Below are positions 25,601-34,915 of a stretch of DNA of 64,000 nucleotides, in pieces; the first letter of the stretch is position 1; each line of letters opens with the position of its first letter. Where the stretch lies: positions 989-64,988 of the forward strand of contig DATMSB010000114.1 in the NCBI GenBank assembly GCA_035565615.1, written 5' to 3'. The stretch comes from Vulgatibacter sp. (GTDB taxonomy: Bacteria; Myxococcota; Myxococcia; Myxococcales; Vulgatibacteraceae). The translations under genes were made by a program, and so were the position numbers. The notes under the pieces are model-generated. The model was not told where the DNA came from and ran no database searches. It saw nothing but the letters and a program-made list of their open reading frames with translations.

Positions 25601-28600
25601 CCCGCCATCGCCTCCGGACGGATGCCCCAGCCGAGCCAGATCTGCGCCAGTGCATATTCGACGACGAAGAGCGCGGGCTGGGTGAACGAGGTCTGGCGAA
25701 GAAGGTCCGCGGCCTCTTCCTCTCCACCAGGCGCCGGATAGAGGACGTCGCGCAGGTCGCGTCCGAGCTTCTCTTCGAGGAGGCCGGCGCAGCGGTCGAC
25801 CACCGAGCGGAAGGTCGGGTCCCAGCGGTAGAGGCCCTCGCCCATCCCCACCGATTGCGCACCCTGGCCCGGGAAGAGGAAGGCAGGCTTGGGCGGCGGC
25901 GTCGCCGCACGACGCGAGCTCACCCGTGCCGGATCCTCGCCGCGAAGGAGCTGGGCGAGCTCCCCGGTGGTAGCGGCGACCACGGCCCGGCGGTAGGGGA
26001 GCGCCCGCCGTCCCACGCCGAGCGTGTAGGAGATGTCGGCGAGGGGCCGATCCGGCTGCCGGCCGGCGTCCTCCGCGAGGCGGGAGGTCGCCTCCTCGAG
26101 CGCCTCGGGTGTGCGGCCGGAGAGGACCACGAGCTGGCGCGGGAGCGCGGCGCCGGAGGGGGCGCGGGCCGGCGCCTCCTCGAGCACCACGTGCGCGTTC
26201 GTTCCCCCGACGCCGAAGGAGCTGACGCCGGCGCGCCGCGGGCTCTCGCCGCGGGGCCAGGGGCGCCTCTCGCTCGTCACCACGAAGGGGCTCGCGGCGA
26301 AGTCGATGTGGGGGTTGGGCCGCTGGAAATGGAGCGTCGGGGGCAGCTCCTCGTTCTCGAGGGCGAGCACGGTCTTGATCAAGCCGGCGACGCCGGCAGC
26401 CGCCGTGAGATGACCGAAGTTGCTCTTGATGCTGCCGAGCTGGCAGAAGCCCGCGTCCTGCGTTCCGAGGCGGAAGGCACGCGTGAGCGCCTCGACCTCG
26501 ATGGGATCGCCGAGCGGCGTAGCCGTACCGTGCGCCTCCACGTACGAGATCGATCGCGGATCGATGCCGGCGTTGGCGTGCGCCATCGCGATGGCCGCCG
26601 CCTGCCCCTCCACGCTCGGCGCGCTGAAGCTGGCCTTGCCGCCGCCGTCGTTGCTCAGGCCCACGCCACGGAGGACGGCGCGGATGGGATCGCCGTCCCG
26701 GAGCGCGTCCGAGAGTCGCTTGAGGACCACTGCGCCGGCACCGTCGCTGAAGACCGTTCCGCTCGCCGCGGCGTCGAAGGGCCGGCAATGGCCGTCGGAC
26801 GAGAGCATCCCGCCTTCGTCGTAGACGTGCCCGGTGTGTTGGGGGACGGTGATCGCCGCTCCACCGGCGATCGCCATGTCGCATTGCCCGGTCCGAAGCG
26901 CGTGGAATGCCTGGGCCACCGCCACGAGCGAGGTCGAGCACGCCGTATGAATGCTGATCGCCGGGCCGCGGAGATCGAGGCGATGGGCGACGCGGGTGGC
27001 GACGTAATCCTTCTCGCTGGCGACCATCGCCAGGAGGTCGCCGACCTTCTCGATCACGTCCGGCCGCTGCGCCACCTGATTGGGGAAGTAGGTGTTGTTG
27101 TGTACCCCAGCGTAGACGCCCACGGCGCCGCAGATGCACTCGGGCACGTAGCCCGCCGACTCCAGCGCGGCCCACGCCACCTCGAGGAAGACCCGCTGCT
27201 GGGGATCGAGGACCTCCGCCTCGGCCGGCGAGATGCCGAAGAACGCCGCGTCGAACCGATCGGCGTCGGCGAGGATCCCGCGGGCGCGGACGTAGCGCGG
27301 ATCGCTGGCGAGGGCCTTGGGCACGGCGGGATCGAGCTCGTCGGGACCGAAGAAGGTGATCGACTCGACGCCTTCGACGAGGTTGTTCCAAAGCTGGTGC
27401 AGATCGGCGGCGCCCGGGAAGCGGGCCGCCATGCCGACGATGGCCACCGGCTCGTCGTCCCGGCCCCTCGCGCCGGCCGCCCTGGCGAGCAGCGCTCGAT
27501 CCAAGGCCGATCCGTCGCCAACCGCGGCGAGGATGCTACGGATGGTCGGATGCTGGAAGAGCTGGGGGATGGTCACCGCCTCGAGGCCCTCGCGCTGCAT
27601 CCGCCCGACCGCCTCGACGGCCAACAGCGAAGTCCCGCCCAGATCGAAGAAGCTGTCGTCGACGCCGATGGTGTCGATGCCGAGAACCTCTCTCCAGATC
27701 CCGGCCACGAGGGCCTCGTCGGAGGTGGACGCGGCGGCGAAGGGAACGGCGAGTGCGGGGCGTTCCCGGCCCGGGGCGGGCAGCGCCTTGCGGTCGATCT
27801 TCCCCGAGGGGGTGCGAGGGAAAGCGTCGACCACTACGATGCGGCTCGGGACCAGGTACTCGGGGAGCCGCTCCAGCAGGAAGTTGCGCAGGGCGGTCGC
27901 CGCGCCGTCGAGGGCGTCGCCGAGCTGCACGTAGCCATACAGCCGCTTGTCGCCCGGTCGCTCCTCGCGGACGAGGGCGACGGCGTGGGACACCGACGGA
28001 TGGGACGCGAGCGCGACCTCGACCTCGCCGAGCTCGATCCGGAAGCCGCGGACCTTCACCTGATCGTCGGTGCGCCCCAGAAATTCCAGGGCGCCGTCGT
28101 CGCTTCTTCGGACGAGATCGCCGGTCCGGTAGAGGCGCTCCAACGCATCGCCGTCGCCGGTCACCAGGACGAAGCGCTCCGCCGTCAGCTCGGGCTGGTC
28201 GAGGTAGCCGCGCGCCAGGCAGCGACCGCCGAGGTAGAGCTCCCCCGGCGAACCGTCGGGGACAGGGCGGAGCCCATCGTCCAGGACCCGGGCGATGATG
28301 CCGGGCAGCGGCCGGCCGATCGGCGGGAGCGCGGGCCAGGTGTCCGGCGGACCCTCGAGGGTGAACGCCGTCGCGACGTGGGTCTCGGAGGGGCCGTAGT
28401 GGTTGTGGAGCGTCGCCTCCGGCATGCGGCGGAAGAAGGCGGCGATGGCCCGCGTGATCTGGAGCTGCTCGCCGGCGGTCACGACCTCGCGCAGGTGGCT
28501 GGGGACGCGCGACGCGTTCTCGGCCGCCTCGGCGAGGGCCTGGAGCGCGACGAAAGGGAGGAAGACGCGCTCGATCCGCTCCTGCTCCAGGAGCTCGAGG

Positions 28601-29277
28601 AGCCTCATGGAGTCGAGGCGATCCTCCTCGTCGAGGAGGACCAGCGTCCCGCCGGCGCCGAGCGTCGAGAAGATCTCCTGGAAGTGCACGTCGAAGCTGA
28701 GCGGTGCGAACTGCAGCGTGCGCCCCTCGCCAGACGAGGATGCCTCGAGCTGCCAGGTGACGAGGTTCGCCAAGGGACCGTGGGGCATGGCGACGGCCTT
28801 GGGCCGCCCCGTCGATCCCGAGGTGTAGATGACGTACGCGAGATCTTCGCTCCCGGGCTCGGGGAGATCGAGCCCGGCCGCCTCCCCGAGGAAGGGCAGC
28901 TCCACCACCTCCGCCACGGGAGGCAGCGAGGCGCGCAGCGCGCTCGTGGTGATCAGAATCCGGGCGCCGCTGTCTTCGAGCATGAAGGCGAGGCGGTCCT
29001 GCGGATAGGTGGGATCGAGCGGGACGTAGGCGCCGCCGGCCATGAGGACGCCCAGGACCGCGACGATTCCGTCGAAGGATCGAGGCAGGCAGATGGCGAC
29101 GGGGACGTCGGCCTCGACGCCGAGGCGCCGCAGGTGCCGCGCGAGCGATCGGGCGCGCGCCTCCAGCTCTCGATACGAGAGCGAATCACCAGCGTGGACG
29201 AGCGCTGCGCGGTCCCGCGTGCGACCGGCTTGGGTCACGAACCTCTTCACACACGTCGGGTCGTATGGCGCAGACAT
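22612..29277 (-). CDS. hybrid NRPS/type I PKS: A(Pro)-T-KS-AT-ACP-class III aminotransferase
   Basis: A domain FDVHFQE/NHYGPSETHVA (code DVQFVAHVAK, Pro-type by eye). T FFDLGGTSL. KS TACSTS/HGTAT/KSNFGH intact. AT GHSVG + HAFH (malonyl type). ACP LGFDSL. GSA-like aminotransferase (DVDGNEYVD, IFDEAITGFR, GGGMPIG). Confidence 0.95.
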   Translation of the reverse strand: MSAPYDPTCVKRFVTQAGRTRDRAALVHAGDSLSYRELEARARSLARHLRRLGVEADVPVAICLPRSFDGIVAVLGVLMAGGAYVPLDPTYPQDRLAFMLEDSGARILITTSALRASLPPVAEVVELPFLGEAAGLDLPEPGSEDLAYVIYTSGSTGRPKAVAMPHGPLANLVTWQLEASSSGEGRTLQFAPLSFDVHFQEIFSTLGAGGTLVLLDEEDRLDSMRLLELLEQERIERVFLPFVALQALAEAAENASRVPSHLREVVTAGEQLQITRAIAAFFRRMPEATLHNHYGPSETHVATAFTLEGPPDTWPALPPIGRPLPGIIARVLDDGLRPVPDGSPGELYLGGRCLARGYLDQPELTAERFVLVTGDGDALERLYRTGDLVRRSDDGALEFLGRTDDQVKVRGFRIELGEVEVALASHPSVSHAVALVREERPGDKRLYGYVQLGDALDGAATALRNFLLERLPEYLVPSRIVVVDAFPRTPSGKIDRKALPAPGRERPALAVPFAAASTSDEALVAGIWREVLGIDTIGVDDSFFDLGGTSLLAVEAVGRMQREGLEAVTIPQLFQHPTIRSILAAVGDGSALDRALLARAAGARGRDDEPVAIVGMAARFPGAADLHQLWNNLVEGVESITFFGPDELDPAVPKALASDPRYVRARGILADADRFDAAFFGISPAEAEVLDPQQRVFLEVAWAALESAGYVPECICGAVGVYAGVHNNTYFPNQVAQRPDVIEKVGDLLAMVASEKDYVATRVAHRLDLRGPAISIHTACSTSLVAVAQAFHALRTGQCDMAIAGGAAITVPQHTGHVYDEGGMLSSDGHCRPFDAAASGTVFSDGAGAVVLKRLSDALRDGDPIRAVLRGVGLSNDGGGKASFSAPSVEGQAAAIAMAHANAGIDPRSISYVEAHGTATPLGDPIEVEALTRAFRLGTQDAGFCQLGSIKSNFGHLTAAAGVAGLIKTVLALENEELPPTLHFQRPNPHIDFAASPFVVTSERRPWPRGESPRRAGVSSFGVGGTNAHVVLEEAPARAPSGAALPRQLVVLSGRTPEALEEATSRLAEDAGRQPDRPLADISYTLGVGRRALPYRRAVVAATTGELAQLLRGEDPARVSSRRAATPPPKPAFLFPGQGAQSVGMGEGLYRWDPTFRSVVDRCAGLLEEKLGRDLRDVLYPAPGGEEEAADLLRQTSFTQPALFVVEYALAQIWLGWGIRPEAMAGHSVGEFVAACIAGVFSLEDALALVAERGRLMQSLPPGGMLSVRASADAIRERLPPDLAIASLNAPTQCVVAGPVEALESLCKDLEAEDVACRPLVTSHAFHSPMMDPVVEPFEEAVRSVRLHAPRLPIVSTVTGGWMSEREATDPGYWSRHLREPVRFADALGVLLEEPSRLLLEVGPRATLTTLARQRLRGDQLGVASLRNPAMGDDEWTSLLGAAGEIFCAGLPLDFESLHAYGERYRLPLPTYPFERRRHWVTTNALPEAASPSPRSAEAPPAMEPRDTGRISRLLDELRALCADISGIESEHLEPSGTFLELGFDSLMLTQLARSISRKYSASITFRQLMTELPTLDALAAHLDASLPAEPAPASERKAPPVEGTSLPAAGSVPTAGLPAVNDLSTATPFPTLEGFPATTAHGIDIQALIQQQLQLMARQLAVLGVAPASQEAHAPLEPLTQEDPAQAPVPAATAAARAAVDASDEERGPVRQDVKKAFGTVARPHAGSAPELTPVQKARLDSFVRRYGARTSGSKAAAQASRDRLADPRVVSGFRPATKELAYPLVVVRSRGSRVWDVDGNEYVDVLNGFGSNLLGHGAEPVVRAIREQLENGFELGLQTPLAGEVASLVCELTGMERAAFCNTGTEAVIGAVRMARAVTGRGIVALFSGSSHGIFDEDIASALPAATRILSEGPEDAIVLDYGEPRALEVLRDRASELAAVLVEPVQGRRPDLQPHEFLQELRAITAEAGTALIFDEAITGFRSHPGGAQAHFGVRADIAVYGEVVGGGMPIGVIAGSRRFLDALDGGAWQFGDDSAPSVGVTCLAGTFVRHPLAMAAAKAVLLHLVERGPALQEELNARTERLTSTLNAHFTLAGAPLRIERFASMWRPVYEDARPLGDLLYYALRDRGVHVYEGAPCFLTTAHTDADVDRIIAAFREAIAELQDGGFLPAPARPEVTEFDASRPPVPGARLGRDPEGNPAWYVLDPDRPGRYVKLEA

Positions 29278-29317
29278 TGACCCCCCTGGAGGGTTCGACT
29301 GAACTCATGGTGCGCGG

Positions 29318-29346
29318 ATGATCGCGGCGGTCGGATCGGCCGTCAA
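29318..29346 (-). promoter_or_regulatory. candidate sigma70-type promoter for the NRPS/PKS operon
   Basis: Minus strand TTGACG-N17-GATCAT, about 40 nt upstream of ATG 29277. Confidence 0.35.
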
Positions 29347-29373
29347 TACCGCTTCCATGGGATCGAAGGGGCT

Positions 29374-30045
29374 TTAGAGCAGTACGCACCCTGCGATCCG
29401 GTCGCGTCCAATCAGCTCGATGGATCGCCGCAGATCCCTCATCTTCGTCGTCCCGAGCTCCACGCCGAGGACGACCGCGTCCGCGGCCTGGGCGACGGCG
29501 AGGGCGACCGGCTCGGCCACCACCGAAGGAACGCCGATGATGAGCTGTCCGAAGGAGGGGAGGAGATCCCCCTCGACCCTCGTGGGGCTGGTGGAAGGGG
29601 TCGCGGCGACCTCGATGACCTCCTCCCCCGGCCAGAGCAGCTTCTGCCGCCCGCGCACGTCCTGAGCCAGCGACGCGAGGGCGCGCGCGGATCCCGTCTC
29701 GAGCGCGTCCACCGTCACGGCGGAGACCGGCAGGTCGCTCAGGCTCGTGCCGATGTCCGCGAGTGAACAAGCAAGCGCCTTGGTGGAACCGCTTGCATGC
29801 GCCGGAAGCACGACCAGCGAGGTCCACTCCCGCTTGGCGAGCAGAAGCCAGATCTCCTGCATCTGCCGGATGGCGCCAGGTGCCAGGTCCGGGGTTTCGT
29901 CGGGCCTGGGCACGACGAGGTCCGTCTTCTTGCTCTTTCGTTTCTTTCTCAAGCCTTGCGCATGTGACGCGGAAGTCGGGGACAGGTCAAGCTTCCGGAC
30001 GGGACCGCGGTCCGGATACGTGCCGATCGGCAACCTGGCCGGCAC
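29374..30045 (-). CDS. stand-alone degenerate BY-kinase-like (Wze/CapB-like pseudokinase) protein
   Basis: SLVVLPAHASGSTKALA in place of Walker A, and a C-terminus ALAVAQAADAVVLGVELGTT..RDLRRSIELIGRDRIAGCVL typical of BY-kinase/ParA-like tails. No Tyr cluster. Start uncertain (GTG 30045 or ATG 29862). Confidence 0.6.
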   Translation of the reverse strand: MPARLPIGTYPDRGPVRKLDLSPTSASHAQGLRKKRKSKKTDLVVPRPDETPDLAPGAIRQMQEIWLLLAKREWTSLVVLPAHASGSTKALACSLADIGTSLSDLPVSAVTVDALETGSARALASLAQDVRGRQKLLWPGEEVIEVAATPSTSPTRVEGDLLPSFGQLIIGVPSVVAEPVALAVAQAADAVVLGVELGTTKMRDLRRSIELIGRDRIAGCVLL

Positions 30046-30112
30046 CGGCGACGAATTGTGCCTGGGCGCCGATTCGATGCTATGACCGCCCACCTTCGGA
30101 GCGACGAGAGCG

Positions 30113-32053
30113 ATGTGCGGGATTGCAGGGATTGTCGGGCGGTTGGACGAGAGCGGTCGTACCGCCCTCGGGCGCATGAGCGAGGCGATGCGCCACCGCG
30201 GCCCCGACGGTCACGGCGTGTGGGAGTCGGATCGGGACGAGAGGGGCTGGGGCGTCCTGCTGGCGCACCGCCGCCTCGCGACGCTCGACCTCTCTCCCGC
30301 GGCGGCGCAGCCGATGACGGATCCGGTCACGAACCGCACGATCGTCTTCAACGGGGAGATCTACAACTACGTCGAGCTGCGCGATCGCCTGGCCTCGGAG
30401 GGCCAGCACTTCGAGTCGAGCGGCGATACGGCGGTGATGCTGCGAGCGCTCGGCCTGCATGGGCCCGAGGCGTTGGGGTGGCTCCGGGGCATGTTCGCCT
30501 TCGCGTGCTGGAACCCCGAGAGTCGGCGGCTCCTGCTCGCACGCGACCCGCTCGGGATCAAGCCGCTGTACGTGGCGCGCAACCCCGATCCGAAGGGCAG
30601 CTGGTCGATCGCGTTCGCTTCGGAGCTGCGTGCGCTCCTCACCTCGGGGTTGTTGGGGAAGCCGAGGCTCGAACCGGGCGCCGTCGCATCGGTCATCTGG
30701 AACGGCTTCGTGGTGGGGCCGCAGACCGCGGTCGCCGGCGTCGAGCTCCTCCCCGGTGGGCGGCTCCTCGAGCTCGACGGGAATGGTCGCGAGATTGCGA
30801 GCTCCGACTTCTGGACGATCCCTCCCGTCCAGCCTGGTCCATCGCTGGACGAGGAAGAGCTGGGGTCCATCCTGGAAGAGAGCGTGCGGCTTCACCTCTC
30901 GAGCGACGTGCCCCTGGCGGTGTTCCTGTCCAGCGGCGTGGACTCCTCGGCCGTCGCCAACCTGGCCCAGCGCACATCGGGCAACCAGGTGCACACCTTC
31001 ACCCTGGCCTTCGAGTCCGCCGAGATGAACGAGGGGCCGGTGGCCCGCCAGATCGCGGAGGCGATCGGCTCCGCTCACCACGAGGTGGTGCTCTCCGAGG
31101 GCGAATTCGTCGAGCGGCTCGAACCTGCGCTCGACAGCCTCGATCAGCCGACCTTCGACGGCCTGAACTCCTACTTCATGTCGCGCGCGATCCACGACGC
31201 GGGCTTCAAGGTCGCGCTCGTGGGTACCGGAGGCGACGAGCTCTTCGGCGGCTACCGATCCTTCCGCGATCTCCCGGTGCTCCAGCGTTGGTCGAGGCGA
31301 ACTCGGTTCCTCCCCAAGCGGCTCCTGGCCCAAGCCGCGCATCTGGCGCTCGGGTCGTCGTCGAGGCGCGGAGCTTCGATCCCGCCGCAGACGCGCTGGG
31401 CCAAGCTCCCCCACTTGATCCGGCGGGGCGAGGATCTCCTCGGCCTCTACCAGCTCGCCTACGCCCTCTTCCTGCCGGAATTCCAGGGCCACCTCCTCGA
31501 CCCCGAGTTCGGCGAGGTCCTCCACGATGGCATGTCGGCGGCGGCGCGCGACCGGCTGGCAGGGGAGACGCGCTCCCGCTCGCCCTTGTCGGCTTTGAGC
31601 GTCATGGAGCTGCGGCTCTTCCTGGGTGAGAGGCTCCTCCGGGACAACGACGCCGCCAGCATGGCCGCGTCCATCGAGCAGCGGCTCCCGTTCGTGGATC
31701 AGGAGCTTTTCCAGAGCGTCGATCGGCTGCCGGACGCCGTGCGCTACGATCCGCTCGGGAAGAAGGCGATCCTGCGGCGGCTCGGGCTGCGCGGGCTGCC
31801 GCAGAAGCTGTTCGACCGGCCCAAGCGCGGCTTCGAGCTGCCGTACGACACGTGGATTCGGCGGGGCCTGCGGAAGTCCATCGACGAGACCATGCGGGAT
31901 CCCGAGGCGGCGCGGGCCGCGGGGTTGCGGCCCGAGGGAGTCCGGCGGCTCTGGCAGGGGTTCCTCGAGGGCGCTCCGGGCCTTTACTGGTCCCGCGTCT
32001 GGGCGATCTTCGTCCTTCTGCGCTGGTGCCAGAGGAACCAGGTCGTGCGCTGA
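30113..32053 (+). CDS. asnB: asparagine synthase (glutamine-hydrolysing)-family amidotransferase, polysaccharide-locus type
   Basis: N-terminal MCGIAG (Cys2), HRGPD, FNGEIYN, RDPLGIKPLY, LSSGVDSS, GTGGDELFGGY, RPKRGF. Confidence 0.92.
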   Translation: MCGIAGIVGRLDESGRTALGRMSEAMRHRGPDGHGVWESDRDERGWGVLLAHRRLATLDLSPAAAQPMTDPVTNRTIVFNGEIYNYVELRDRLASEGQHFESSGDTAVMLRALGLHGPEALGWLRGMFAFACWNPESRRLLLARDPLGIKPLYVARNPDPKGSWSIAFASELRALLTSGLLGKPRLEPGAVASVIWNGFVVGPQTAVAGVELLPGGRLLELDGNGREIASSDFWTIPPVQPGPSLDEEELGSILEESVRLHLSSDVPLAVFLSSGVDSSAVANLAQRTSGNQVHTFTLAFESAEMNEGPVARQIAEAIGSAHHEVVLSEGEFVERLEPALDSLDQPTFDGLNSYFMSRAIHDAGFKVALVGTGGDELFGGYRSFRDLPVLQRWSRRTRFLPKRLLAQAAHLALGSSSRRGASIPPQTRWAKLPHLIRRGEDLLGLYQLAYALFLPEFQGHLLDPEFGEVLHDGMSAAARDRLAGETRSRSPLSALSVMELRLFLGERLLRDNDAASMAASIEQRLPFVDQELFQSVDRLPDAVRYDPLGKKAILRRLGLRGLPQKLFDRPKRGFELPYDTWIRRGLRKSIDETMRDPEAARAAGLRPEGVRRLWQGFLEGAPGLYWSRVWAIFVLLRWCQRNQVVR

Positions 32054-32108
32054 CCGCACGGGCGGCATCGATTGGATTGACCGGAACCGTCATGCTAGGT
32101 TCCGCGCG

Positions 32109-33527
32109 GTGCGCGACTACGATCAGCGAAGCGGCCCACCGACCGCTGCAGACGCCGACCTGTTCGACCTTGCCCTCGTTTGGCATGCGGTCCTTTTCGC
32201 CCTGCGATCCCCGCTGCGGCATCCTTGGCTCGCCATCTCCGCCTTCGTCGCAATTTTCGCCGCGTCGCTCGGGGGCTTGCTCCTCTACCCCCAGCGATAC
32301 GAGGTCTCGACGACCATTCTGGCCGGATCGCCTCTCACCGGCGCGCTCGTCGGAGATCATCAGTTCGAACGCGATGCTCCCACCCGGGCTGCTCGGGAGA
32401 TCCTGCTTCGCCGAGAGAACCTGGAAGCGCTCGCCAAGGAGGTCAATTTTGCGGAGCGGTATCTCACCCAGCGGCCTCCTGCGATCCGGATGGTCCACTC
32501 GTTCTTCGACACGCTGAACGGGAAGGAGCGAGACGCCAAGAGCGTGATGGACGACCTGGTGGAGACGCTCGAAGACCGTCTCTGGGTCAACGTGAACAGT
32601 GAAAATACCGTCACCATCATCTTCCACTGGTGGGATACGCAGATCGCTTACGACGTCGTCGCTGCCGCAGCTCAGAGCTTTCTCGAGATGCGGCATGCCG
32701 CGGAGATCAAGACCGTGGCCGAGTCGATCGCGATCCTGGAAGAGCATAGGTCGGGCCTCGAGAAGCAGATCGAAGAGCGAATCGCGGCCATCGAGGAGCG
32801 AGAGGAGAAGGAAGGCAAGAAACGGGAGGTGGCTCCATCACCCATTCAACGCGTAGCGCCGCGAGCGGATCCCGAGCTCACCCGCTTGCAGTCGATGCTC
32901 GCGGCGAATCGGCGTGCGGTCGCCGACCTAGAGTCGGCCCGCCAGCAGCGCGTCCAGCAGCTCCAGGCGGACCTGATTCAGCAACAGACGATTTACGCGC
33001 CGGATCATCCTTCCATCGCGGCCACCAAGCGCATGCTGAGCTCGCTGCAGCAGCCTTCGGCGCAGATGGTCGAGCTGCAGGAGGGAATCCGCCGGCTAGA
33101 GGCGGAGATCCTCGGTCGCAGCGGGGGGAGGATGTCCGTGTCCACGGCGGCGTCCTCTCCGCGAATTTCCGAGGCCGCATCGCTTCTGTTCGAACAGGAC
33201 CCTCGGGATGATTACGAGAGGGGGCAGCTCCGGCACCTCCTTTCGCAGCTCGCCGAGATCAACGATCGGATCGCCTCGTCGAGCCTACACATGGAGACTG
33301 CGGCTGCCGCGTTCAAGCATCGCTACTCGGTCGTGACGCCGCCCCGGATTCCGAAGGGGCCGATCAAACCGTACACGAGGTTGTTCCTCGCGAGCGGATT
33401 CCTGGGCGGCATCATGCTCGCGCTCCTCGCCTCCGTGGCGGCCGATCTACGTGGCGGTCGGGTGCTGGAGCCCTGGCAGCTCGAGCACCAACTCGGCGTG
33501 ACCGTTCTGGGGCGGTTGGAGCGGTAG
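32109..33527 (+). CDS. polysaccharide co-polymerase (Wzc/GumC/EpsV-like) lacking a kinase domain
   Basis: N-terminal TM, long coiled-coil periplasmic region (YAPDHPSI), PxxPxKP, second TM, short tail. GTG 32109 start is inferred. Confidence 0.82.
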   Translation: MRDYDQRSGPPTAADADLFDLALVWHAVLFALRSPLRHPWLAISAFVAIFAASLGGLLLYPQRYEVSTTILAGSPLTGALVGDHQFERDAPTRAAREILLRRENLEALAKEVNFAERYLTQRPPAIRMVHSFFDTLNGKERDAKSVMDDLVETLEDRLWVNVNSENTVTIIFHWWDTQIAYDVVAAAAQSFLEMRHAAEIKTVAESIAILEEHRSGLEKQIEERIAAIEEREEKEGKKREVAPSPIQRVAPRADPELTRLQSMLAANRRAVADLESARQQRVQQLQADLIQQQTIYAPDHPSIAATKRMLSSLQQPSAQMVELQEGIRRLEAEILGRSGGRMSVSTAASSPRISEAASLLFEQDPRDDYERGQLRHLLSQLAEINDRIASSSLHMETAAAAFKHRYSVVTPPRIPKGPIKPYTRLFLASGFLGGIMLALLASVAADLRGGRVLEPWQLEHQLGVTVLGRLER

Positions 33528-33672
33528 CTTGTTCCCTTTGGCGGACACCAGCAGGCACCGCCCTAGTTCATGTCCATTGCCGCGTGTCGAGCTACGTCCG
33601 GAAAACTTCGTGAGCGCCACGATCAACTCAACGTTTCCATGCGCTGGTTTCGAGCAGTCCAGGAGATGAATC

Positions 33673-34824
33673 TTGCCGATTACCACACACCCCACGGCGT
33701 CATCGCGATTGGCTCCTTCATCCCCGCCATTGCGGATCGTTCAGATGGGTCCGACGGGACCCAAGGGCGGGGTTTCAGCTGTCGTGACCCAGCTCTCAGC
33801 GGAGCTGGCCCGGCAGGGACATCAGGTACTGGTTATCGGGGACGGCGCGAACAAGCTGAAGCCAGCGCTCGAGGCAGGGGCGAGCTACGAGGAGGTCATC
33901 TATTCTCGCAGATTGCGGGTGCTCGCAGCTCAGCTGGGCCGTGTGCGTAAATTGCTTCGAGAGTTCGAACCCGACGTGATCCACGTTCATGGTCGCGCCC
34001 AGGCCTTGTTGGTTCGCTGGTCAGGTCTCCAGCCCGATTGGTTTACTCTCCACAACACCCATTTCACTGAGCAAGTATCGTGGTATGACCGGGGCGCCTT
34101 GCGTCGCTTTCTGTCACCGCTGGGACGCAAGATATTCGCCCTCGACCCACGAGCCATCGACTACCTTCGCGTGCACTTCGGTGTTGATTCGGAGCGAGTC
34201 CACATCGTTCCGAACGGTGTGGATTGCAACGCCTTCGTTCCCCTCTCGGAACCCGACCGTAGTGCTGCACGAGCCAGATTTCGAGTCGCTCCAGACGACG
34301 TACTCGGGGTCTTCGTTGGTCGCTTTCACGAGCAGAAGAACCCCCAGGCCGTGATCAAGCTCGCTGCAGCGGCCAAAGCACGAGGGATGAGCGCCCTCAA
34401 GACCATTATGATCGGAGAGGGGCCTCTCGAGGGTGAGGTTCGTTCGATGATCCAAGAGCGGGGGCTTTCTGACCGAGTTCAACTCCTTGGATGGTCTGAT
34501 CCGCGAATCGCGATTCAAGCCGCAGATGTCTTCTTGATGCCGAGCCGATATGAAGGGTTTCCGCTCGCTGCGGTCGAGGCGCTGGCGTGTGGGACGCCCG
34601 TCCTACGAACGCGAACGGGGGGGGTTGCCCAAATGATTGTGGAGGGGCAGACGGGTTGGGGATGCGATCCAGAAGACGACGACGACTTCATTTCCAAGTC
34701 GCTCGACGTGCTCAGTCGTCCTGAAGATCTCGGGAAGATGCGCGCCGCTTGTAGGAAGCACGCGGTCGAACAGTTGAGCCTCAGCGTTCAGGCGCACCGC
34801 ACCGTTCAGGCTTATCGGTCATAG
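33673..34824 (+). CDS. GT4-family glycosyltransferase
   Basis: GGVS..V, IHVHG, FVGRFHEQKN, FLMPSRYEGFPLAAVEALACG. Start approximate. Confidence 0.9.
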   Translation: MPITTHPTASSRLAPSSPPLRIVQMGPTGPKGGVSAVVTQLSAELARQGHQVLVIGDGANKLKPALEAGASYEEVIYSRRLRVLAAQLGRVRKLLREFEPDVIHVHGRAQALLVRWSGLQPDWFTLHNTHFTEQVSWYDRGALRRFLSPLGRKIFALDPRAIDYLRVHFGVDSERVHIVPNGVDCNAFVPLSEPDRSAARARFRVAPDDVLGVFVGRFHEQKNPQAVIKLAAAAKARGMSALKTIMIGEGPLEGEVRSMIQERGLSDRVQLLGWSDPRIAIQAADVFLMPSRYEGFPLAAVEALACGTPVLRTRTGGVAQMIVEGQTGWGCDPEDDDDFISKSLDVLSRPEDLGKMRAACRKHAVEQLSLSVQAHRTVQAYRS

Positions 34825-34915
34825 GCTTGAAATATTCAGAGCATTGACCGGCACCCTCTCGATCATGAAGCCGGTCATCGCTCCAGGTGAAAATCGAGTT
34901 GGGTGCCGGGCAACA

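Noticed and set aside
25989-25996. GGCGGTAG ops-like element
   Set aside because: It lies inside the PKS coding region on the non-transcribed orientation and is expected by chance in GC-rich DNA.
27700-29277. Pyrrole-type starter (prodigiosin/pyoluteorin/DKxanthene-like)
   Set aside because: No prolyl-carrier dehydrogenase or halogenase in the window, and only one non-reducing PKS module.
29863-30177. Track start at 30177 for the pseudokinase ORF (likewise extended starts at 6117, 7789, 10723, 14948, 16266, 31626, 41213, 41463, 58016)
   Set aside because: These overlap neighbouring real genes; downstream starts with RBSs or stop/start overlaps fit better.
30113-32053. AsnB as a lasso-peptide cyclase, with the 60-aa ORF as precursor
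   Set aside because: It keeps a full Cys2 glutaminase domain, no B1/B2 leader-processing genes were seen, and the small ORF is a two-TM protein without a lasso core.
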